32,000 nucleotides of DNA from Erysipelotrichaceae bacterium MTC7 (GTDB lineage Bacteria; Bacillota_I; Bacilli_A; Erysipelotrichales; Erysipelotrichaceae). Below the pieces are notes generated by a model. That model saw only the letters and a list, made by a program, of their open reading frames with translations, was not told the DNA's origin and did not search any database. The stretch lies in NCBI GenBank assembly GCA_001695645.1, contig LVZN01000034.1, forward strand, positions 30,001-62,000, in the 5' to 3' direction. Shown here piece after piece: positions 23,582-31,400 of the stretch. Made by a program: the position numbers and the translations under genes. How positions within the stretch are numbered: the first letter of the stretch is position 1; the number at the start of each line of letters is the position of its first letter.

Positions 23582-25147
23582 ATGAAAAGGATAACGAAAA
23601 TAGAAGGGAATATGGCCAATTCTTTTATTAAGCAAAAAACACGAGTAGTTGCCTACTGCCGTGTTTCAACAGATAGTAATGAACAGCTAGTCAGCTTGCA
23701 AGCACAAAATGCCCATTATGAGACCTACATAAAGGCGAATCCAGAATGGGAATATGCAGGCTTATATTATGACGAGGGAATCAGCGGCACGAAAAAGGAA
23801 AACCGCTCTGACCTACTTAGAATGTTATCAGACTGTGAAACTGGGAGAATTGACTTAATCATTACAAAGTCCATCAGTCGATTTGCGAGAAATACTACAG
23901 ACTGCTTGGAGATGGTTCGAAAACTGATAGACCTTGGGGTTCATATCTATTTTGAGAAGGAAAACATCAATACGGGTTCAATGGAAAGTGAATTGATGCT
24001 CTCCATTTTAAGTGGGCTTGCAGAAAGTGAGTCAATTTCCATTTCTGAAAATACTAAATGGGCAATTCAAAGACGATTTCAAAACGGAACCTTTAAAATT
24101 TCCTACCCACCATATGGGTATCAAAATATTGACGGTCAGATGATAGTAAACCTCAAGCAGGCTGAAGTTGTGAAGTATATTTTTGCAGAGGTATTATCGG
24201 GCAAAGGCACACAGAAAGTTGCAAATGATCTTAATCAAAAGGGTATCCCTTCAAAAAGAGGTGGTCGTTGGGCAGCTACTACCATTCGAGGAATTCTAAC
24301 CAATGAAAAATATACCGGCGATGTTATTTTGCAAAAGACTTATACTGACAGCCATTTTAACAGGCACACCAATTATGGTGAGGAAAATATGTATCTAGTA
24401 GAAAACCACCATGAAGCAATTATCAGCCATGAAGATTTTGAAGCTGTAGATGCCATTCTCAATCAAAGGGCAAAGGAAAAAGGCATCGAAAAGCGCAACA
24501 GTAAATATCTAAACCGATATTCTTTCTCTGGCAAAATTATCTGCTCGGAATGTGGCAGTACCTTTAAAAGACGGATTCATTCATCCGGTCCAAGAAAATA
24601 CATTGCTTGGTGCTGCAGTAAGCATATAAGCAATATAACGGAATGTTCTATGCAGTTCATTCGAGATGAAGATATAAAGACTGCATTTGTTACGATGATG
24701 AATAAACTCATATTTGGTCAGAAGTTCATATTAAGACCACTTTTGCAGGGGTTACGTAACCAGAACAATGCAGCGAGTTTTCGTAGAATTGAAGAGTTGG
24801 AAACTAAAATTGTAAACAACATGGAGCAGAGCCAGGTACTGACAGGTTTAATGGCCAAAGGGTATCTGGAACCTGCTCTGTTTAATAAAGAAAAGAATGC
24901 ACTGGAGGCAGAAAGAGAAAGGTTTCTTGCCGAAAAGGATCAACTTACTCGTTCCGTCAATGGCAATATTGCAAAGGTAGATGAGGTTGACCGTCTGCTT
25001 AAGTTTGCCACTAAGTCCAAAATGCTCACAGCTTATGAGGATGAGTTGTTTGAAGATTACGTAGAGAGGATTATTGTCTTTTCACGGGAGGAAGTCGGTT
25101 TTGAATTAAAATGTGGAATCACATTGAGGGAAAGGTTGGTGAATTAG
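23582..25147 (+). CDS. Large serine recombinase (resolvase/invertase catalytic domain + Recombinase domain + zinc ribbon + coiled coil), copy 1
   Basis: Motifs: [18 protein letters not shown] (catalytic Ser), [12 protein letters not shown], the Recombinase domain (YPPYGY...), CSECGSTFKRR...CCSKH and a C-terminal coiled coil. ATG 23582 follows AAGGAGGTGAGAGG. Confidence 0.93.
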   Translation: MKRITKIEGNMANSFIKQKTRVVAYCRVSTDSNEQLVSLQAQNAHYETYIKANPEWEYAGLYYDEGISGTKKENRSDLLRMLSDCETGRIDLIITKSISRFARNTTDCLEMVRKLIDLGVHIYFEKENINTGSMESELMLSILSGLAESESISISENTKWAIQRRFQNGTFKISYPPYGYQNIDGQMIVNLKQAEVVKYIFAEVLSGKGTQKVANDLNQKGIPSKRGGRWAATTIRGILTNEKYTGDVILQKTYTDSHFNRHTNYGEENMYLVENHHEAIISHEDFEAVDAILNQRAKEKGIEKRNSKYLNRYSFSGKIICSECGSTFKRRIHSSGPRKYIAWCCSKHISNITECSMQFIRDEDIKTAFVTMMNKLIFGQKFILRPLLQGLRNQNNAASFRRIEELETKIVNNMEQSQVLTGLMAKGYLEPALFNKEKNALEAERERFLAEKDQLTRSVNGNIAKVDEVDRLLKFATKSKMLTAYEDELFEDYVERIIVFSREEVGFELKCGITLRERLVN

Positions 25148-25561
25148 ATGGGTCACACACCCTATGGATATAGAATTGAAGATGGAAAGGCTGTTGTAGA
25201 TGATATAGCAGCAGAACAAGTAAAAGAATTATTTTCAGGATACTTGGCAGGACTTTCTTTGAAGGGTGCTGCTAAAAAAGCTGGGATAGACTGCTATCAT
25301 GCCACTGCAGGAAAGATGTTGCAGAACAAGCAATACCTTGGCGATGAATTCTACCCTCCAATTATTGATGAGGAGACATTTAAAAAGGCTGGGGTGGAAA
25401 AACGAAAACGAGCAGAAAAGCTCGGAAGGATATGGGAGCCTAAAGATGAACCGGAAAGGGATTACCCTGTAAAGTTCAAAGCAAAACCTCTGGTGCAAAA
25501 ATATGAAGATCCATACAAGCAGGCGGAATATGCCTACAATTTGATAGAAAGCGAGGTGTAA
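25148..25561 (+). CDS. Recombinase-domain-only protein (no serine catalytic domain)
   Basis: 137 aa. MGHTPYGYRIEDGKAVVDDIAAEQVKELF...L...A matches the start of the Recombinase (PF07508-type) domain of large serine recombinases. The N-terminal resolvase domain is absent. The start abuts the upstream stop (TAGATG). Confidence 0.8.
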   Translation: MGHTPYGYRIEDGKAVVDDIAAEQVKELFSGYLAGLSLKGAAKKAGIDCYHATAGKMLQNKQYLGDEFYPPIIDEETFKKAGVEKRKRAEKLGRIWEPKDEPERDYPVKFKAKPLVQKYEDPYKQAEYAYNLIESEV

Positions 25562-25564
25562 CAA

Positions 25565-27136
25565 GTGGCAGTGAGTAGGAATGTAACAGTCATTCCGGCA
25601 ATTAAGCGAGTCGGAAATAATAAAAATAGTGAAAGCAAACCCAAAATACGAGTGGCTGCTTACTGCCGTGTTTCAACGGATAGTGAGGAGCAGGCTTCAA
25701 GTTATGAAATTCAGATAGAGCATTATACAAACTATATTAAGAAGAACAAGGAATGGGAATTGGCAGGTATTTTTGCGGATGACGGCATCACAGGTACAAA
25801 TACCAAAAAGCGTGATGAATTCAACCGCATGATCGAAGAGTGCATGGCAGGAAATATTGAGATGATCATTACAAAATCCATCAGCCGATTTGCGAGAAAC
25901 ACGTTGGACTGCCTTAAATACATTCGTCAATTAAAGGATAAAAACATCGCTGTATTCTTTGAAAAAGAGAATATCAACACCATGGATTCCAAGGGTGAAG
26001 TATTGCTAACTATCATGGCATCCCTTGCCCAACAAGAAAGCCAATCCTTAAGCCAGAACGTTAAGCTGGGTATTCAGTATCGATATCAGCAAGGTGAAGT
26101 TCAGGTCAACCACAAGCGTTTCCTTGGATACACCAAGGATGAAAACAAGCAACTAGTGATTGACCCAGAGGGTGCTGAGGTTGTTAAACGGATTTACAGG
26201 GAGTACCTAGAAGGAGCCAGCCTTTTACAGATAGCAAGAGGACTAGAAGCAGACGGGATTCTTACAGCGGCGGGAAAAGCCAAATGGAGGCCAGAAACAC
26301 TGAAAAAGATACTGCAGAATGAAAAGTACATCGGTGATGCCCTTCTACAAAAAACATATACGGTTGATTTCCTTTCTAAAAAGCGAGTCAAGAATAACGG
26401 CATCGTTCCCCAATATTATGTAGAAAATAGCCACGAGCCTATCATTCCACGAGACCTTTTTATGCAGGTTCAAGAAGAGATGGTTCGAAGAGCCAACCTT
26501 CGTGGCGGGAAAGGCGGTAAAAAGAGAGTTTACAGCAGCAAGTATGCTTTATCGAGTATTGTTTACTGCGGACAGTGCGGTGATATTTACAGACGGGTAC
26601 ATTGGAATAACCGAGGTTACAAGTCTATTGTTTGGAGATGCGTCAGCCGCTTGGAGGAAAAAGGATCTGAATGTACTGCCCCTACCATAAACGAGGAAAT
26701 ATTGCAGACAGCAGTGGTCAAGGCTATTAACGAACTTTTGGCTAACAAAGAACCCTTCCTCTCAACGTTACAAAAAAACATAGCCGCCATACTTAATGAA
26801 GGAAATGATAATGCCACTGATGACATCGATAGCAAATTGGAAGAATTACAGCAGCAGCTTCTTATACAAGCAAAATCCAAGAACGACTATGAAGATGTAG
26901 CTGATAAAATTTATCGACTTCGGGAGTTAAAGCAAAATGCACTGGTTGAAAGTGCAGAGCGAGAAGGGAAAAGGCAACGCATCGCTGAGATGACGGATTT
27001 CTTAAATGAACAATCCTGCGAGTTGGAGGAATATGATGAGCAGTTAGTAAGGTGGCTTATTGAAAAGGTAACGATCCACGCTAACAGGGTTGAGGTGGAA
27101 TTTAAGTCTGGAATTAGTATAGACGTTAAAAATTGA
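25565..27136 (+). CDS. Large serine recombinase, copy 2
   Basis: Motifs: [64 protein letters not shown]...WRC and a C-terminal coiled coil. GTG start 3 nt after the upstream stop. Confidence 0.93.
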   Translation: MAVSRNVTVIPAIKRVGNNKNSESKPKIRVAAYCRVSTDSEEQASSYEIQIEHYTNYIKKNKEWELAGIFADDGITGTNTKKRDEFNRMIEECMAGNIEMIITKSISRFARNTLDCLKYIRQLKDKNIAVFFEKENINTMDSKGEVLLTIMASLAQQESQSLSQNVKLGIQYRYQQGEVQVNHKRFLGYTKDENKQLVIDPEGAEVVKRIYREYLEGASLLQIARGLEADGILTAAGKAKWRPETLKKILQNEKYIGDALLQKTYTVDFLSKKRVKNNGIVPQYYVENSHEPIIPRDLFMQVQEEMVRRANLRGGKGGKKRVYSSKYALSSIVYCGQCGDIYRRVHWNNRGYKSIVWRCVSRLEEKGSECTAPTINEEILQTAVVKAINELLANKEPFLSTLQKNIAAILNEGNDNATDDIDSKLEELQQQLLIQAKSKNDYEDVADKIYRLRELKQNALVESAEREGKRQRIAEMTDFLNEQSCELEEYDEQLVRWLIEKVTIHANRVEVEFKSGISIDVKN

Positions 27137-27164
27137 AATGAAAAGAAAAATGTTATTTGAATCT

Positions 27165-27194
27165 AACACCTTGCCGGAAATGCAGGGTGTTTTT
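27165..27194 (+). terminator. Rho-independent terminator after the recombinase operon
   Basis: AACACCTTGC (27165-27174) and GCAGGGTGTT (27182-27191) form a 10-bp stem (1 G-U) with a 7-nt loop and a T-run to 27194. Confidence 0.75.
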
Positions 27195-27220
27195 CATATT
27201 ACTTCTATGAGTCAATACAA

Positions 27221-27263
27221 ATTAGTATATTAGTATTTACAAAATATAAATTAGTGGTATAAT
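27221..27263 (+). promoter_or_regulatory. Near-consensus sigma-A promoter with flanking ATTAGT(A/G) repeats (candidate operator)
   Basis: -35 TTTACA (27236-27241), a 16-nt spacer, then the extended -10 TGGTATAAT (27255-27263). ATTAGTAT occurs in tandem at 27221-27228 and 27229-27236, and ATTAGTG at 27250-27256. Confidence 0.6.
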
Positions 27264-27294
27264 TTTCTATAGAGTAATAGCGGAGGTGTAAACT

Positions 27295-27807
27295 TTGAGT
27301 AAGAGCGTGACCTTTACAGTAGATGCAGATGTGTATGAAAAATTCTGCATCGCATTGAATTTAACAAATGAAACAAAAGATGCTGCAGTGGAAAGTTGTA
27401 TGCGTTGGTATATTGCAAAAACTTTTGAAAAGGCATCACAAGCCTATAACCCAAAAACTGTAGCAAAACAGAATGAAGATACAAACAAGGATTTTTACGG
27501 AAAAGCAAATCAACGAATCCCAGTATGGGCTATAAAGCCGAATCAATATAACCACAAAATCATTCGTGCTTATTTTAAGGCAGTGGCTGCCACAGGTCGT
27601 GCTACCATAAATATGATGGAGCGTTTATGCAGTGACGAAAACAACCCAGAACTGTATGTGCCCACTTTTAAGAATAATTACTCACAGATGAAGTTGGATG
27701 GACCTAAAAGTCACGGTAAAGTATTTGAGGATGACGGTGAAACGGTAACAATTTGGCACGAGGTAGAAGATACACTGATGAAATATAAATCGAGTTTTTG
27801 TAATTAA
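27295..27807 (+). CDS. Hypothetical protein with an N-terminal ribbon-helix-helix-like segment
   Basis: 170 aa, TTG start 6 nt after GGAGGTG. The N-terminus KSVTFTVDADVYEKFCIALNL..TKDAAVESCMRWYIAK has a strand-helix-helix pattern. The C-terminal ~100 aa are unassigned (possibly winged-helix-like). Confidence 0.65.
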   Translation: MSKSVTFTVDADVYEKFCIALNLTNETKDAAVESCMRWYIAKTFEKASQAYNPKTVAKQNEDTNKDFYGKANQRIPVWAIKPNQYNHKIIRAYFKAVAATGRATINMMERLCSDENNPELYVPTFKNNYSQMKLDGPKSHGKVFEDDGETVTIWHEVEDTLMKYKSSFCN

Positions 27808-27835
27808 AAGGAGCAAAGAGTAAAGTAAAGGGGGT

Positions 27836-28840
27836 TTGACTTTGAATATAAACAAAATGAAAGATTTATCATATGATGAACTGCGTTCTTTATACAGAGA
27901 ATTCTTATATAGCCAGAACATTTCAAAGTTAACAATCAATACTGCTTACACAGACACCTTCTACCTTTGGAGGAAAGGGAGCAAAGACCTGTTCTGGAAT
28001 ACAGTGACTGCTACTGATTTCGAGAATGAGGCGAAGAATTCCTTAATAAAGGCTCTTTCTGAGAATTCGACCGGCAATGTTAAATCACTTGTTAATAGTT
28101 ACTTGTCTCATCTAAGAAGGTTCCGTTTACTCTTAGCTTCTGATGGAGCTGCCGAGCGATCAACGCCCAAGCATGAAAATACTGCTAATCGTACATATAC
28201 TCGTAAGAAGAAAATGGATGTTGATGTTCCTGATCCATCAATTGAGCAGGTGGAGTTTTATCTTGCTAAGTGGGATGGCCTTGAGAACTACCACCTGCAG
28301 GAGGATGCACTTAATAAACTGTTCTTTGAGCTATGCCCGAAGAATACAGACATAATCGATGTTCTTTTGAAGGCATCAACGCTTAATGATTTTTATAGTA
28401 CGAATATTTTCTCAATCTATCCAGTAGCTAAGCACATATGCGCTTTGGATATTGATGCGAGGCTTAAGGCTGGTGATGTTACTCTTGTTGGAGATATCCA
28501 GTATGTACCTATCGGTGATACAGAGAAGAGTTTTTACTCCTTTGCCACAAAGTATTGTAGCCATCACAATCCACTTGATTATCCGATTTATGACAGCTAC
28601 GTCGATGAGGTACTTCGCTATTTTAGAAATCGTGATAGCTTCTCAGATTTCCAAGATGGTGATTTGAAAGACTATGTTAAATTCAAAGGTATACTGATTG
28701 ATTTCCGTGCCTTCTATGGCTTGGATAAATTTAGCCTGAAGCAAATCGACCAGTATGTTTGGCAGCTCGGGAAGGATTACTTCCCGAAGAACTACGGAAA
28801 GAAAAAGAGAGGAGACAAGTATTTTGTCTTTAATCGATAA
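27836..28840 (+). CDS. Hypothetical protein (334 aa), function unknown
   Basis: Long ORF with coding-like composition. The start is uncertain: TTG 27836 or 27842 after AAAGGGGG, or ATG 27857. The C-terminal half contains ASTLNDFYSTNI...SFYSFATKYCSHHNPLDYPIYDSYV. I have no secure family assignment. Confidence 0.65.
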   Translation: MTLNINKMKDLSYDELRSLYREFLYSQNISKLTINTAYTDTFYLWRKGSKDLFWNTVTATDFENEAKNSLIKALSENSTGNVKSLVNSYLSHLRRFRLLLASDGAAERSTPKHENTANRTYTRKKKMDVDVPDPSIEQVEFYLAKWDGLENYHLQEDALNKLFFELCPKNTDIIDVLLKASTLNDFYSTNIFSIYPVAKHICALDIDARLKAGDVTLVGDIQYVPIGDTEKSFYSFATKYCSHHNPLDYPIYDSYVDEVLRYFRNRDSFSDFQDGDLKDYVKFKGILIDFRAFYGLDKFSLKQIDQYVWQLGKDYFPKNYGKKKRGDKYFVFNR

Positions 28841-28855
28841 AAGGAGTGTGTTCGT

Positions 28856-29725
28856 ATGGTAGATAATGTAATTCAAATAGTAACAGAGAAATTATCTTCT
28901 TTGCCTTGCATAGAAGGCATTGTATTAGGGGGCTCACGTGCAAGAGGCACCCATACAGAGGATTCTGATATAGATATCGGAATCTATTACAATTCAGAAT
29001 CATTTGACCTGACAGCGATTAATCAAATTGCTACAGAATTGGATGATGAGAATAGAAACGACCTTGTTGTACCTCCCGGAGCGTGGGGTGATTGGGTTAA
29101 TGGCGGCGGATGGTTAGTTATAAACGGGTATCATGTTGACTTGATTTTACGTGATATAAAACGGGTGGAACAAATAATCAAAGATACGGAGCAAGGAATT
29201 GTTACTGCCAATTATCAGACTGGGCATCCCCATGGTTATATAAGTGCTATGTATCGTGGAGAATTGGCGATCAGCAAGATACAATATGCTAAGAATGAAA
29301 GCTTATGCGAATTAAAAAATCAGGCAGAAATTTACCCTGGTGCTCTAAAGAAGAGCTTGATAAACTTTTTTATATTTGAAGCAGAGTTCTCTTTAATGTT
29401 TGTAAAAGCAAATGCGGGAGCAGAGGATAAATATTATATTGCAGGCCATGTTTTTCGTATTATTTCATGCTTAAATCAAGTACTATTTGCATGCAATAAT
29501 GCTTATTGCATTAACGAAAAGAAAGCTATAAAACTGCTTGAAACTTTTGAATATAAACCTGAAAAATATGCCGAAAGGGTTAATCATATTTTTGAAGTAC
29601 TCGGTCTTTCACTTTTTGAATGCTACGATATGACCGAGAAGCTTTATAAAGAAGTGAAAAAAATTGCAACGGAGATAAATAACTTTTTAAACGAGGGGAA
29701 TTCAGATGAAAGAAAACAAATATGA
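28856..29725 (+). CDS. Nucleotidyltransferase-domain protein (Pol-beta superfamily) with a helical C-terminal domain
   Basis: GIVLGGSRARGTHTEDSDIDIGIYY is the G-S-x(n)-D-x-D minimal nucleotidyltransferase motif. RBS AAGGAG lies 7 nt upstream. Confidence 0.8.
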   Translation: MVDNVIQIVTEKLSSLPCIEGIVLGGSRARGTHTEDSDIDIGIYYNSESFDLTAINQIATELDDENRNDLVVPPGAWGDWVNGGGWLVINGYHVDLILRDIKRVEQIIKDTEQGIVTANYQTGHPHGYISAMYRGELAISKIQYAKNESLCELKNQAEIYPGALKKSLINFFIFEAEFSLMFVKANAGAEDKYYIAGHVFRIISCLNQVLFACNNAYCINEKKAIKLLETFEYKPEKYAERVNHIFEVLGLSLFECYDMTEKLYKEVKKIATEINNFLNEGNSDERKQI

Positions 29726-30443
29726 TGATAATATATTTTTTCAAAAATACAGTCAAATGAGTCGCTCACAGCAGGGACTAGCCGGTGCAGGAGAATGGGA
29801 AACATTGAGAAAGCTGCTGCCGGATTTTAAAGATAAGCGTGTGCTTGATTTAGGATGCGGCTATGGATGGCACTGTATTTATGCGATGGAACACGGAGCG
29901 TCTTCTGTTGTAGGTGTTGATATTTCTCATAAAATGCTCGAGGTAGCCAAAGAAAAAACACATTTTCCACAGGTTGAATATAAATGCTGTGCTATAGAAG
30001 ATGTGGAATTCCCAGAGGAGAGTTTTGATGTAATATTAAGTTCACTTGCGTTTCACTATGTAGCAGATTATGAGATTTTAGTAAAAAAGATATCTAGAAT
30101 GCTGAAAGTTGGCGGTAACTTAGTTTTTACAGTTGAACATCCTGTTTTTACTGCTTATGGAACACAAGATTGGTACTATGACGAAAAAGGAGAGATACTG
30201 CATTTTCCGGTGGATAATTATTATTATGAGGGAAAACGAACAGCTGTGTTTTTGGGAGAAGAGGTTACAAAATATCATAGAACATTGACCACATATCTAA
30301 ATACACTGCTTTCTAATGGTTTTATAATAAATCAAGTTGTAGAGCCACAGCCACCGAAAAATATGATGGGTATTCCGGGGATGGAGGATGAAATGCGCCG
30401 TCCCATGATGCTGATTGTATCTGCAAGTAAAAAACAAGAATAG
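29706..30443 (+). CDS. Class I SAM-dependent methyltransferase
   Basis: Motif I is VLDLGCGYGW, followed by an acidic post-I residue (GVDIS) and a Methyltransf_11-like core (DVILSSLAFHYV). It overlaps the upstream gene by 20 nt. Confidence 0.85.
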   Translation: MKENKYDDNIFFQKYSQMSRSQQGLAGAGEWETLRKLLPDFKDKRVLDLGCGYGWHCIYAMEHGASSVVGVDISHKMLEVAKEKTHFPQVEYKCCAIEDVEFPEESFDVILSSLAFHYVADYEILVKKISRMLKVGGNLVFTVEHPVFTAYGTQDWYYDEKGEILHFPVDNYYYEGKRTAVFLGEEVTKYHRTLTTYLNTLLSNGFIINQVVEPQPPKNMMGIPGMEDEMRRPMMLIVSASKKQE

Positions 30444-30476
30444 AAAATATTGAAGATATAAACGAGGAGTATGTAA

Positions 30477-31340
30477 ATGAGAACAGAACAGGAAATAATG
30501 GATACAATACTTTCCGTAGCAAAAAGTGACGATCGTATTAGGATTGTGACCCTCGAGGGGTCACGCACAAATATTAATATACCTAAAGATGAATTTCAGG
30601 ATTATGATATTACATATTTTGTGACGGATATGAAATCACTTCTATCTAGTGATGATTGGCTTAGTCAATTTGGGAATATCATAATGATGCAAAAGCCGGA
30701 GAATATGGAGCTTTTTCCACCTGAAGAAAAAGGGTACTCATATCTTATGCTTTTTGATGATTATAATAAAATTGATCTTACATTATTGCCGCTAGAAGAT
30801 TTGGATGATTATTTAAATGGTGCTAATTTGATAAAGGTTCTGATTGATAAAGATTGTAGAATTAAAACGGACATAGTTCCGACTGATATAGATTATCATG
30901 TAAGAAAGCCAAGTGCACGGGAGTATGATGATTGCTGCAATGAATTTTGGCATGTAACACCTTATGTTGTTAAAGGATTGTGCCGCAAAGAGATACTGTT
31001 TGCAATCGATCATCTGAACCAGATTCTACGGTTTGAACTACTTAGAATGATGTCATGGAAGGTTGGAATAGAAACAGGATTTACAGTGAGTGTCGGCAAG
31101 AATTATAAATTTTTAGATAAGTATATACCAGAAGATTTATGGAATAGATTGCTATCTACATATCGTATGGATTCCTATGAAAATGTTTGGAAGTCATTAT
31201 TTATATGCCACCAATTGTTTAGGGAAGTGTCCAAAGAAGTAGCAGAACTACTGGGGTTTGATTATCCAGAGTATGATAAAAAAGTAATAGGGTATGTCAA
31301 TGATATGTATGAAAAACATGTCGGAAATGATTATTACTAG
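30477..31340 (+). CDS. ant(6): Aminoglycoside 6-adenylyltransferase family protein (ANT(6); AadK/AadE-like)
   Basis: MRTEQEIMDTILSVAKSDDRIRIVTLEGSRTNINIPKDEFQDYDITYFVTD closely follows the conserved N-terminus of ANT(6) streptomycin adenylyltransferases such as B. subtilis AadK. The length (287 aa) fits. Confidence 0.88.
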   Translation: MRTEQEIMDTILSVAKSDDRIRIVTLEGSRTNINIPKDEFQDYDITYFVTDMKSLLSSDDWLSQFGNIIMMQKPENMELFPPEEKGYSYLMLFDDYNKIDLTLLPLEDLDDYLNGANLIKVLIDKDCRIKTDIVPTDIDYHVRKPSAREYDDCCNEFWHVTPYVVKGLCRKEILFAIDHLNQILRFELLRMMSWKVGIETGFTVSVGKNYKFLDKYIPEDLWNRLLSTYRMDSYENVWKSLFICHQLFREVSKEVAELLGFDYPEYDKKVIGYVNDMYEKHVGNDYY

Positions 31341-31400
31341 GATTAGTGAAAAAATGTAAATTTTTCTAACAACGAGAAGTTAATTAATGGGGGTGAATAC

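Larger units (their letters stand above)
1..27194 (+). mobile_element. Prophage, partial (left end outside the window): HK97-like siphovirus packaging, head, tail and lysis genes plus a serine-recombinase integration module
   Basis: Canonical collinear order terL-portal-ClpP protease-MCP-connectors-major tail-chaperone frameshift-TMP-Dit-Tal-holin-endolysin-recombinases. Genes are tightly packed or overlapping, all on one strand. The right boundary is placed at the terminator after the last recombinase and is approximate. Confidence 0.85.
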
